A DNA stretch of 64,000 nt from Podarcis vaucheri. Its lineage: Eukaryota. Each line of letters starts with the position of its first letter. The first letter of the stretch is position 1. Of the stretch, positions 22,211 to 35,064 are shown one piece after another. The notes under the pieces are model-generated. The model saw only the letters and a program-made list of their open reading frames with translations, ran no database searches and was not told the DNA's origin. The position numbers and the translations under genes are program-made. The DNA is taken from NCBI GenBank assembly GCA_965113315.1, contig OZ220370.1; one strand, 5' to 3'.

Positions 22211-24167
22211 TACAAGATCAGGAGAAGGAGAAGGAAGCTCTGGGGCTCTGCGGGGGTGGGGCAGTGGACTCCCAGATGGGACGTTGGGGTTATATAATGA
22301 TGAGGTTGGGGCCCTCTGGAAAAGAGGCATTGGTAACATAGAAAACTATCCTGGCCAATGTCAGTTTCACAGATTATAAGACAATTGGAGGCAGGACCAT
22401 GCATGGAAATGCTTTTAGGAATCTCTCTTTTAATTGTCACGTTTCATTGTTAGAAATGGAAGCCGGGCCCAAAGCCTAATGAACAGGGGTTCCTGTGTGG
22501 AAAGTGAACTGGGAAGGGGCTGCGACTGCTTTGGGGATTCCGCTTTCCCATTCTTGTGCAAATGGTGAGGACAGAGGTCCCCTTCAGTTTCTCATGAACG
22601 CACCATCAAACAACTCCGAGCTTCTCAAAACAGCAGCAGCAGAATCTTATTTCAGCAAAGAAGGGGGACAAATAATGAAAAACAGCTTCCGAAAGGTTGC
22701 TCGGCAGTGTGAGAACTTGGCCCTGCAGTTCACAGCATTCCAGTAAACAGAGTGCCAGAAAAATAATAATTGGGATATACTGAGCTGAGGTAATGCTGGC
22801 AAGAAGCTACGAAAGCCTAACAAAAGACCTCTCCCCCTCCCCACCCGCCCGCAAAGAAGCGCTCTTCATTGCTCCTTGTGTTTTCCTGTCAGAAGAGGCT
22901 GTGGGGCTTGTTTCCTGGCAACGTGCCCCAGCTCCTTCGCTCCGCTGAGACCCATCTACCCCTAGGGGGAGCCCATCGGCTGTCAGCCTCCAGCAAGAAC
23001 CTGTGTTTAACTAGCTCCTTCTGGGATGCAGGCGAGCTTTCTGAGAGCACAATTAGAGCATCTGTCATGAGCAGCAGAACCAGTGCGAGGTGGCGAAAGG
23101 TTTTGGTGGCTGCTGGAGTCTTTTAGAGCTAAATCATTGGGAAGTGCATAGAGGCCAGTTTGGATGACCTGTCCCTCTTCCTCGCCTATCTTTTTTATTA
23201 TTTTAAAGGGAAGGGGGAGTTGTGTAAAAACCCACGCGATAAATCTTTCCTGCTTGTCAGAGATTTCAAGTAAACAAAATAATAGTTCTCAGGAGAGGTT
23301 TATGCTAAAACATAGAAATTTCCTCCCCTTTTAAGCCTGCGGGTGTTTATTGCTTTTTCAATGTACGTTAGCCAACGCTGCACTTTTTCTTTTTAACAAA
23401 AATACATCTTAGAGATTCTATCGGCAACTTACAGCCTAAATTTCTGCAACCAGCTTCCCAAGCCTCCACTGATTCTCCATTTCTCCCTCCACTTTTCTTT
23501 GGATCATGTGTTCGCCAGCGGGTACTGTGACCAGTGTCGACTTTTTACCTTTGAGAGTTTTGTAAAAGAAGGAATATACAGGTGCAGATTACAATGCTGC
23601 CATCAACAGAGGTGAACTTGCTGAAATTCCCTCTTCTGCAGCCCTGGCCTGCATTGCATCTGGTCACTGTGCATATATCACTGTCCAGCCAGCCAGATTT
23701 GCATTAGAAGGAACCATTGCCGCAGAAGCACAGACACATAGAACAGGTGATAACTCCCCGAATTGCCCAGCCTACAATTTAACTGAGTTACATTTCTATG
23801 ATTGAACAACAGAGAAGAGGGGCATAGCATAGAAGAGGAAAGAAGTGCTTTCCTTGAACAAAACAAGAATCCTCCGTCTAGGATGAACTACATTTATTTC
23901 AGGATTTATAAACTGCTTCCCAACATGTTTTCAAAGTAGTATACAAGAGAACTACTTATATACAACATATATAATAAAAATGAAATATACATAACAATCT
24001 AAAAATTTTTTTTGAAGCATCAAATTACAAAATTCTATATAGCATACAATATAAAATGGCTGAGTCACTCTTCAGGGAAAGCTCTCTTAGATAATTTATA
24101 GTGCTGGGTGCTTGTTGAAGTTCAGTTGGAATCCGAATCCACAGATCAGCTATATGCATGTAAGAGG

Positions 24168-24388
24168 CAGGGCCGGTCCACCCATGAGGCAGGGTGAAAC
24201 AGTTGCCTCAGGCAGTGAAAACTCCCGAAGTGGCCCCTCCATGAGCACCCCACCCACCCTGCCACCTCCACCAGTGTCAGAGAAATGGGGCTAGCATTGG
24301 CGCAAATTTCTGGCAAGTTCTCAATGGCAGAGTAGTGGCAGCAGGGCAGCACTTCTCATTTCGCCTCAGGTGGGATGTGCCAGCCCTG
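24168..24388. mobile_element. Putative hAT-like MITE
   Basis: CAGGGCCGG ... CCAGCCCTG termini with subterminal GCCTCAGG repeats. Confidence 0.5.
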
Positions 24389-24677
24389 TGAACAGGGCCT
24401 TATGCTAGAGCTGGATGTGCTGGGTTGCTCTTGAAGAAGGATTCAGATCAATAAACTCAGAGGAATTCAATGTAACTCCCAACCCACCAGAGTGGATTTA
24501 GAGGAGGTGCAGGGGCACACAGGTAAAGGCGAGGGGGAGAGAGCCCTGTGGCGCTAGCGGGAATCATAGCTCTGGCTTCCACTATCAGAATGGGTTTGTT
24601 GAATCCAGCGCACTGTATCTTGGCATTCATTATGGACCTGTGGGGTTTTTTCTTCTATCCAAAACAACTCCTTTAAG

Positions 24678-24778
24678 TGTTTGTTGTGGGGGAGGAAGGG
24701 AAAGGAGATTATTAGCCGCTTTGAGACTCCTTAGGGTAGTGATAAAGCGGGATATCAAATCCAAACTCTCCTCCTCCT
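24678..24778 (+). mobile_element. 3' fragment of a squamate SINE (Squam3-like) with (CTC/CTT)n tail
   Basis: GTTGTGGGG..GGAAGGGAA..AGCCGCTTTGAGACTCCTT.GGGTAGTGA..AAGCGGG; near-TSD TCCTTTAAG / TCCTTTAGG. Confidence 0.65.
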
Positions 24779-27700
24779 TCCTTTAGGCATTCACCTCCAC
24801 GATTTGGTTGCAACGCATGCACAAGGTTGTACCTTTGTACTTGTGTTAATTTATCCAGCATGGTTAACTCTCTATAGTTCAGCACCCACAATTATTAAAT
24901 GGAAAGCTTACGTCAGCTGCAACTGTGCAGTAGGAGAGCCAAGGTCATCATTTAAGTAACCTATTGCATTTCCAATCAGATATATTAATCAGACCGAAAT
25001 ATGAAGCAAAGTGCTAAAAGTCACCAAGCATTTCAATGGCAGAGTTTCAGCAAGAGGCCTTATTTTTCCTCCTGGCTGTGTTTCCTAAAGATTCAGTTAT
25101 GTATGTTACATATAAGTTTACTTGTAATGCTGATATATAAAATGGGTAGTGATTTATGATCTTCATAATATATTACCCTCAGCTGCTGTGAATACCACAA
25201 AAATTTCCCAACACAGTAATTTGATTAGTAGCTGATTTGACAATGCAAAACACAAGCAGATACTATATAAACATTGGGCAACTGAACAATAAGGTGTGCA
25301 GAGTGGCCCCCAGTTTGGCTGGAATACTAGCCTGTGGATGATTTTCCCAATACTGAAATGCTTTAGTCTTCAATGAGGGGAACTGATGTAATATCTTGTG
25401 ATGTTTGCCAGAGAGCTGTCAGGCTGGACTGAATTTGTGATCCAAAGTATATATTGGCACATAAAAAGGCATGAGATCAAAATGCTACAGTGCATAGAAT
25501 AGTTTCAATGTTCTGAAGTAAACTCATTCATGATGCTTAAGGGGCAGTTTATCCAGTAACCAAACAACACATATAACATTTTCTCAGAAATTATTTACTT
25601 TTGTAACCACTTTGGAATCTTGTTTTTCCAAGAAAGGATGAGTACGTAGTTGTATGCTACAATGCGATTCTATTACCAATAATAAATATTAACTAGAATA
25701 TATGCTCTTCTACTTGCCAGACATATTTACTATCTGGGAAGGCAATGCTATGGGTTGACAATATTTTGTAGGAACTTTAATCTCTTTCACTATGTAAAAA
25801 ACAAAACAAAACACCAAACACCTCCAAACCGAATGGCTTACAATGAAAAAATGTGTCTACAGTAAAAGAAAAGGCCCATGGGATGCAGATGTTGGGAGTA
25901 GATGCCGCAGTGTGGAATGGCCTTGCTGCATAGAATGAAAAAATGGAGAAGTACTTAAGTACTTAAGCACTGGCGAGAGTGAGTGTACATCCTTCACACA
26001 AACAAAGGCAATCTTGTGTAAAGACAGAAGCTTTAATATAGGAGTAGCCAAAGTGCTGTCCTCTGCTTTGTTGGACTACATATCCCATGATGATCACTGC
26101 TCATGTCCGCCAAGACAGATTGTTGCCGCAGTCCACCAATGCCTGCAGGGCATCATGTTGGCTACCCCTCATTTAACATAGCAGGTTTTAAAAATCTAGA
26201 AATTTATTAAGGTAAGTAATTGAATGACTGCAAGGGCTCATTCTGCAGGATGCAGAGGTAGCCTTTTTTTAAAAGGGACATATAAAAATAGGTAAATTGA
26301 TGAAGATTTACAGGTGCAAGTCCTGGGGGAAAAAGTATATCAGATATAGCTGGCTTGACAACCCCATTTAGAGAGCAACCCAACAGGGAAACTATGGCAT
26401 TGTGAATAAAAGCCTTCAGAAACACTAAAAGCAGCACTCACAGGCAGAGATGAAAAAGCTCTAAATTGCTATGATATGTCACAGCCTGTCAATGTATTAA
26501 TAGATGCTTCTAAATCAGGCTTGGGAGTGGGGCATAAAAACTTCAACGGAGCCAAAATAAAATTCTGCTCAAAAAGAAAAGAAAGATTAAGTACAGAATA
26601 TTCACTAGTGTGTAGTAGGGTGCTGAGACAACGCAGATCACAGACATCTGGTGTTGCTGTTGCTTTGTAACAAAACAATTCACTAATGGCATTTGGGGAA
26701 AGAGAAATGAAGGGACTCTTGGAGAATACACTTCTGTCGTGGAAAATCTAAACTGGCAATGGGAAGTACAGCTCCGTGGCTCCTCGGACTTTGGCCTCCA
26801 TTAGCTGCATGTACATGCTGTGTGCCTTCTTCATAAATATGCAGCAAGGCCAACCAGTGTGAATCAGAGGGAAGGCACATGTGCCATTTAGACTATCAGG
26901 TAAAGTTTCCTGGGGCAAAAGGCAAGAAACAGGTATTCTCCCCTGCTTGCTGCCAGTCACAAATGTTACTGGAGTGGTTTTGGAAAGCAGCTGTTGGGAA
27001 GAGATCCTACAAATGATCTAAAATAAGGCCAAGCTGGAATTTGGTCATGATGATTGAAAAAGTTTAGTTTGTAGTAAGAGGAAATAAATAAAGCAGCTGT
27101 TTTCTAGCAGTAGATTCAACAGACTGAAAAGAGCTTTCCATGTAAGCGAAGTTCCTCCAACCATCACTATCAAGTTTACTTTCAAAGAAAGGAAACCTAT
27201 TGGCTGCAACTCTCAGAAAATATTTATCCTTCCAATTCCTATTGGTTTACCTTAGGGCTTATCAGCTCTTACCTTTCCTCTGCTGTTTCCAGGCATGATA
27301 TGTGCTTTAAAGCTCTGTGTCCTAGCACCCTTTTCTTTTGCCCCAGAGCTTTCCATGCAAAAACCCACTCTTTAAGCTCAGTTAGAGCAAACAGCAATCT
27401 GTGGAGAACCCCAAACTGATGTTTGCTCTGACTGAGCACTAAAGAGTGGGTTTTCATGAGAAAAGATCCACACTCAGACATAGAGCTTTTAAGTGTGGAC
27501 CTGTGTTTGGAAAGAGTGGGGCAAAAGCTAAGTATGGATAAGCCCTTAGTCTTAGGTATCACCCTTAATCCCTCTTTGTGACATTGTAATTACAGATCAT
27601 TAAGAAGCATTTTAAAAGCAGCAGTGAGAAACTCAGATTTGCCTATCCAGTAAATGGAAAGGAAATAGGGGTTCTCCCCCCCTTCCCTCTCTTTTTTTCT

Positions 27701-28654
27701 CAGGCGGTCTGAATGTGTCGCTAACTAGCAATTTGGCAGCAGACTTTAGCAAATAGCTGCACACTAAATGGGTTTATCCTTAAACATAATGCTCTTTTCC
27801 ATTTTAACTGAGCATAAAATTGTATCTTTAAAGGATCTTCAGGCAGGGAAGCTTGATGCCTCTTGAGTAGTTCAGTGTGACATATGGTCCGTCTTCCCAA
27901 GCAAGGGTTTTATCTGCCACATATAGTTTCTGCAAATTTGAGCTAATGTTGCTGGGAAAACAAGAAGGGATTTATGCCCAAAAACTAAAGAAGGGAATAA
28001 AAATAATCTTTCCTCTACATACCTCATGTACTTACCAAAACATATTGGCTGTGTTCCAAGGGACATGGAACTCTGTTCTAGCAAGGACTTTGCCATCATC
28101 AGGGAATGTTCCATCAGCACAAATCTTCCTAAGTAACAGGATAATTTCCCATATGTAGATGCTTCCATCACCTTTTTGCACTCTATAAGTCAGAGCTTTG
28201 TTCATGCTCCAGGTTTGTTTGTTTTTTTGTTTAAACTGGCTCAATCCATTCTTTTCTAGATGCTCACTTCTTTATAGGACACCTTAGGCACCTTAAGATC
28301 ATCCCAGGAATCTGACCATGTGAACAGGACTGGAATTATTGCTCTGGCCCTACCACATGTTAGCTTTGTGGGATGGCAGAACCATTGGGCCTTTACCTAA
28401 TGGCAGAAGCACTAAAATGTACTTGACCCTTACCTCTTCTCTCATCCCTTGATGAAGCCACCTCTGAATTTCTTGCATTGAAAATACGTTTCTTTTTGAA
28501 GTGATGCTAGTTGATTTGAAAACTCTAGAGATGTGGTCTGGAGTTAGGGATGAGCAGGAATGTGGCCAAGTTGGTGGGTTAAGCCAAAGATTCTACAAGA
28601 GGATAAGGTTGCATGGAGCCTGACAAGGAGCTCGTGAAACCGAGTGAACAGGAA

Positions 28655-28805
28655 ACAAAATGGGAAATGTGGTTCAATGTAAGTAAGTATAAATTGGGGC
28701 ACTGATGGGATCTGAGATGGTGGTGACTGATGAGGAAAGAGATCATGGTGTCACAGTTGGTAGATCAGTGAAAACATCAACCCAATGCTTGGCCACCATG
28801 GAGAA
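28655..28805 (+). mobile_element. Degenerate CR1 ORF2 fragment
   Basis: KWEMWFNVSK...LMGSEMVVTDEERDHGV..RSVKTSTQC resembles the CR1 post-RT segment. Confidence 0.65.
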
Positions 28806-30374
28806 CAGAATGCTTACATAGCCCCTCCCCTGACCCATCAAGGCTCTTCTCTTGTGTTTTCTGTCTGTGATGTTTCATCAGTGATGGCTCCTTCACATAT
28901 GTCCTACATTATTTGGACTTGCAGCTATCAAATAGTGAGCATATGACATATGGATGTCTGGATGAGATTTTGGGAACCAAACTCTAAATATGACACACAA
29001 ACACACGCCCTACTGTGTTCCTTTTATTTTGTAAATTTTAGCATTCAAAGACAACTGCACTAAAATACCAACTAATAATAATAATAATAATAATACCTTT
29101 ATTACAATTCATCATGCTTTCTCAACCCTTTTCTTCCTTAAGTAGTGACCCATTTGAGTTGAATTAGAGAGACAGAAGGGGAAATGCTTTCTGCAAATCT
29201 TTTCCTTCTCTTTACCTCTTCAGTCAGTTGTGCTTTGTTCGTAGATAATTTATTTAAGGAACAGATGAAGGCAAATTCAGTTCTAGCTGCTTTTAACAAG
29301 GAGCAAGCTTTGACAATTTGAATGAGAGTGATTTTTGCGGAGGGGAGGCAAAAGATTATTTTTTTTAAGTTTTCAACAAAGATAAAGTAAAATCTACCTC
29401 TGTCAAGCTACTGTTCTTCAGTCAGCCACATGGTAAGTAAGTCTGAAATGAAAGAAGAAACCGTATTTTTAAACACTGGAATAGGCATGTGAAAACATCT
29501 GCTTTTATTATGCATGTATGAATTTTCTCTAGTTATTTCCACAACTAATCCACTAAAAAGTAGCACCGAACATTCAGGGCACTTAGACTGCATCTTATAT
29601 CACCCCCCCTCCTGAATACAATGGGGTTCTGAGTAAACACACACTGGAATGCACTTTATAAAAAACATACCAAAAACAGCAGATTTCCATAATTGGTATT
29701 TTGCACATGTTCAGCAGTTTTCTAGCTAATGCACAAACACTCATGGGTTTTCTATTGTGACAGGCTATGTCCTGTTCCAACAGATGACTGGCTTGCCGTT
29801 GAGCAAAGTGCTGAGCTGATGTCAGTAGTGGCCAGAGTATCAGTGGTCAGAGTATTGGGGCAGCAGTACTTACCTGACTTTTCATCACTACTCTTGCTGT
29901 GCCTTTCCAGGAGAGGGAGTGCTAGGAGTTTGGTGCAGTACAGATGCACTGGCAAGAGCTCCAGATTGGCTGCTGCACACTGACTGCTACTGGCTGTTGT
30001 ATATATTTGGGTGGAACTAACTGAATTACACAAAAGCTCATACGACATCAGTTTTTTCCTTTTCTTGGCAGATCCCTGATTACAGCCAGAAAGTGTGTAG
30101 CTGTATTCGGAACACTTATGTACAAATTTGTGGTTTTCCTGGCCAAAAATTTAAATCATGGATATTCATTTACTTGACACAATCATAAACTCGGGGCATT
30201 CCTCGATAACAAAAACTCAGACATTATTCTTAGCACTGTCTGCGCAGATGCAGTACTAGTAGCAGGTTATTCTGTCTCAAAAAATGGGTGTGCTAGCAGG
30301 ACACATCTGCCCTCAACTGCTGGAGAGCTAAAGTACAAATATGACAAAAACTACATCGGGGTGGGGAACCTGCC

Positions 30375-30452
30375 GGGAAGGGCTCTAGCTCAGTGGTGGA
30401 GCTTCTGCGTTGCAAACAGAAGGTGCCAGGTTCAATCCCTGGCATCTTCAGG
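30375..30452 (+). mobile_element. tRNA(Ala-like)-derived SINE head
   Basis: A box TAGCTCAGTGG, TGC in the anticodon position, B box GGTTCAATCCC; broken stems. Related pieces at ~31100-31197 (+) and ~63490-63657 (-). Confidence 0.65.
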
Positions 30453-31809
30453 ATGCGCTGGAAGAGAACCATGCGGGATGTAAAACACAAGAGCAGTCAA
30501 GTACAACATTCCTAGAGTGAACATGTTTACACATGGGGAGGAATGTTTGTCCTGCCAGCAGGTAAACTTCCTGTTCCCTTCTGGGCTGGGACAGACTTCC
30601 TCTGCACGTGACTAGAGGTGGGGGTGGCCTCACCTGTGCAGGTAACAACAAAAGCACAGGGCAGGGCAGCCATCTCTCTCTTTGACTACACACATTGTAG
30701 AAGCAACATCTGCTTAGCCAAAGATGCTCCCTTGGCTTCCAGCTTCCAGCCAAGAGAGGACAGAGGGGCTGTCTCCTTATGAAATAGTTTCCAGGTGTAT
30801 GGAACTTTTCTAAGCTAAGTCTGCCTTCTGGGATCCAATTGTGAACAGAATATGAGTAAACTCTTCTTATACTTTTATAGAAGACTGTGTCGTGTCTTAT
30901 ATTTTATGAGGGAATAAGGGGAAAATACCAGAACAGTTATTATAGAAGCTTTAGCGAGCCTGAGCAAACGCATCCATTGCAAGTTTAAAAATGGGAATGT
31001 TGCTCTGCTAAATGGTAAACTTGTTTACACAAGTTGGAAAGGCTATAATTCAACAATATATCCTCTCCTGCATCCCTGAACATTCCCACAAACCATGCTT
31101 GAAACCTCGGAGGACCATTGCCAGTCAGAGGAGACAGTTCTGAGGTAGGTGAACCAATGATCTGACTTGGTATACATCTGCTTCCTATATTCTTATGAAC
31201 TCCAACTCCCATCAACCTCAGCCTGCAGGGTGAGTGATTAGGGGTGGTCAGAGTTGTACTTCAACAACATCTGTCGGGCTCCAGGTTCCTCACCCCTGAA
31301 CAAAATGAGCAAAACAAATAAAAGGCCAAAAAAAATGACATGAAATAAGTTTGTGAAACAATAGCACATTGCTGTTTCTATATGCACACCCTAGTTGTAA
31401 ATGGCTAGATGAGTGATAAGTTGAGAAAGCATTCAGTCCATAAACGGCTTCAATAAAGAAACTGTAAAAACAGTCCACGATGCGGCATTTATGAGCAGGA
31501 ATTGTGGCGCTCATCTTTAGTGATGCCATTGGCATTATCCCATTATTTGTGAGAAGATCTATAGAACTGTAGTCTTTCTAGTGCACAGCACTTGCAATAG
31601 CAGTGTGCTTGCAATTCGATGGAACAGAAGAATAGTGTTTTCCTTGGGATAAAATTTTGCTAATTGAATGATGGGGAAATTCTGCTATTAGCGAAACAAT
31701 GTATATTTCCTTCAAAGAAGACACTTGCTTCTAGGGCCAGAGGGTGGTGGCAATTTCACATCTATTGTGTGCGTACACACACACACACTCTCATTCTAGA
31801 AAAAGATAG

Positions 31810-31811
<2 letters not shown>

Positions 31812-31868
<57 letters not shown>
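31812..31868. repeat. (TC)n(TG)n compound microsatellite
   Basis: Direct tandem array. Confidence 0.95.
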
Positions 31869-33339
31869 TTGGCAGCATATTTTCCACAATTGCAATTGTT
31901 AAATTATTAATACAAATTTAACTTTGCAATATTTCAGCATACTGCATTGTTTTATATTGGTCATTAACTGCCAAATTAAATTAGCATAGTAAACTACTAT
32001 GAGGTGTGTTTATTGATGGAAACTACATAATAAAGGTGGCAGATGCATCTCTGTGGAGACAGAATTGCACAACTTAGGGGCTACCACAGAGAATGCCCAC
32101 TCCCAGGCTACCACCCACTGGCCCTTACATTGCAGTAATCCAGTCCGGAAGCCACCAGAGCCCAGAGTTAGGTCTGAACTAGACTTGGAATGCAAAACCT
32201 TTCAAGTAAAGGGACCGTCCTCTGTGAAGTAGGACACATGGCAGCACTACATCGGCTCAGGTTTAGGAATTTTTTAAGAACCCAAAGATATTTTAGATTG
32301 AAAACCTCTCAGGATGACATCTCAAACAACACTCACTTTAAATACCCTTGCACTAGCTTAACGGCCTGACCTAAATTCTGAACACTTGGAGGTGGCAGCG
32401 GTAGGATATAACACCCCCTTGCTTGACTATTAGATATGAGAATCAATAATGCCCTCCCGCCATATTTTATGGCCCCTTTCTTGCCGTTGTTTCCCAACTC
32501 AGTTAGGAGCTTGGTTTCTGTAACACAATGTAAGTGTATCTGCCACACACCATTCTGCTTTGAGCTGTTTTGTTCTAATACTCTTGACATTTAAGCATGG
32601 GCACTTTAAAGGGTTTTTTGTTTTGTTTTGTTTTGCTTTGCTTTACCCCGAATGTTATTGATTGCCTCTAGCTTTTGTGTTTTCCTAAGTCAATTTTGTT
32701 TCATGTTCTCCCTCCTCACTCCCACCCACCCCTTAGCTTAATGCATACCACTCTAGTGACTAACATGGAAACTGCACATATCTTCCTCTCTCACCAGTTC
32801 AGAAAAGCAACAGGAGTGACCAACAGCATTGTAAATGATTACAAGAGGTCACTGCTGCATAGACGTAAGGTCATGAGCCCCCATGCACTACAGGAATAAT
32901 GAATCACAACAGTGGAGCAACTCACAAACCTGGATATTTGAGGACCGGTGTTGCATGAAAGCATTAGCGCTGCAAGATGCAGCAGTGTTGAGATATACTA
33001 ATAAAAGCGGCGATGATGAATTTCTTTTGAGCGCTTGGATTCGGTAATGCAGTTGTACTTCCTAATCTCTGTGCTCGGCACAGAGGGTTTGAATAAGCCC
33101 AAAGCACACACAACCACAGAGGAGGCAGCTCTCTGCATGATTCGCTCTTCTTACCTTACATCTTTCTCAAATCAGCTTCCAGTGGTACTGTCAGAGTGCA
33201 CTTTGGGCAGATGCTCAGGGCACCAATCAGCAGAATATGTGGGAAGGCTCCCAAAATGCCACAGGCCTGGATGACTACATTTGAAATAAATGAAACACAG
33301 TATCTTCTAAAGGGTCCATTAAGACTGTTTTGACTCCTG

Positions 33340-33734
33340 TTATGCTTCCGAGCACAACTCAAAGTGTTGGTGCTGACCTTGAAAGTCCCAAATGGCCTCA
33401 GTCCTGTATACCTGAAGGAGCATCTCCACCCCCATCATCCAGCCCGGACACTGAGGTCCAGCGCCGAGGGCCTTCTGGTAGTTCCCTCACTGCGAGAAGT
33501 GAGGTTACAAGGAACCAGGCAGAGGGCCTTCTCGGTAATGACACCTGCCCTGTGAAACGCCCTCCCAGCAGATGCCAAGGCAATAAGCAACTATTTTACT
33601 TTTAAAAGACAACTGAAGGTACCCTTTTTAGGGAAGTTTTTAATGTCTGTTACTGTATTGTTTTTAATATTTGGTTGGAAGCCGCCCAGAGTGGCTTGGG
33701 AAACCCAGCCAGACGGGTGGGGTATAAATAATAA

Positions 33735-33819
<85 letters not shown>
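33340..33819 (+). mobile_element. L2 LINE 3' end with long (TTA)n tail
   Basis: VLVLTLKVPNGLSPVYLKEHL..RTLRSSAEGLL..RQRAFSVMTPAL*, then 3' UTR and (TTA)n at 33736-33819. Confidence 0.88.
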
Positions 33820-33820
<1 letters not shown>

Positions 33821-35009
33821 CCTTATGTATGGGAGTAAGTGTCATTTACATCAATGGGACTGTCTTCTGAAAACTCACATGCATGATTCTGTAAGACCAT
33901 TAAGTCTAGAATCTAAAATTACCCAGCTGCACCATTCTCAGCCTCTTTGGGAGATGGGTAGAATCTGTAGCATCTCTGCATATGGTGAGATTGGATGAAT
34001 TACTTAAGTTGGAGAAACGAAACAGAAGTAGCAGTCTTTATAGGAGGTTTGCTGATATGTCTCTGCGTGAGTTGCTGTTTTGGTCATGTCTCTTCTCAGA
34101 CATCTTCTGACGATAGTGTGTCATACTGTGAAATTTCTGCAACTAAAGCAATAGATGTGTTTGGATCATTAACCAGTAATTCAACAGAATTATTTGTCCT
34201 CAGAGGGGATGTTCACTGAATCTCTGCATACAGTAAGTCATAGCTCTGGTTTCATCTCTTTCCAAATCAGGAGGCTTGTATGAATGTCACCAATTCTAAT
34301 TCTGAAATAATATGTGACTTGACCATTTGAAGTATGGAAACATTGCAGGAGTAGCATTGTGTATTTCATCAAGTTCTGCTGACTTGTTCATGTGGGTAGA
34401 TATGAAGAATATGATACAATTAGAGGCGGTATATCTGGATTGACCTCAGCGCCAATAGTTGCTGCAGCTATGGCTCTTACTGATTGTTCCTCTTCCCACT
34501 GATGACTTTGCCCAAACAGGCTCCCCTGTCCTTTAAACTTCTCATTATGATAATAATCATTTCTTCTCCTCTTTGATTCCTCTATATGCTGCTCTTTTAT
34601 GTTTCATGTTGAAATGGCAATAGTCATGGTGGCATGTCATTTTTAAATTTTTTATATTATATATTTTTAAATTATATATATATTTCTTCTTTTTTCTTTT
34701 AATTATGTCCCCCTTTCCAAACGTGGTTGGTTCTGATAGTTGTAATGCCCTGGAAAGACCCTTTCAGATGTTCTTCAGAGGGTCAGCCTTACCTGGTCAA
34801 CACCAGCTCTCAGTATAGTCAGAAGAAAAGTTTGCTGTGCAAAACCACGGGAACGTCACCTCAGGGTCTTTGTTAGGTGCTCTTATCATGGGACAGATGT
34901 ATTTCTTCTATACAAGTATGTTTATTAATTAAGCTGTGTTTATCAGAAGGATATGCTAGATATAGGTCCTTTTTATTCCATGGCTTTTTTCAGTTGATCA
35001 ATTTTGCAG

Positions 35010-35011
<2 letters not shown>

Positions 35012-35059
<48 letters not shown>
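35012..35059. repeat. (GT)n microsatellite
   Basis: About 24 perfect units. Confidence 0.97.

Positions 35060-35064
<5 letters not shown>

Noticed and set aside
29868-30048. Minus-strand exon ending at a perfect CAG/GTAAGT donor
   Set aside because: One perfect donor is expected by chance in 64 kb; no convincing acceptor or peptide homology.
30375-30452. Functional tRNA-Ala gene
   Set aside because: Acceptor and anticodon stems are mismatched, there is no poly-T terminator, and related SINE bodies occur elsewhere in the window.
33591-33870. Poly-Ile/Asn/Leu ORFs (also 38249-38440 and poly-CV at 34877-35263)
   Set aside because: These are translations of (TTA)n and (GT)n microsatellites.
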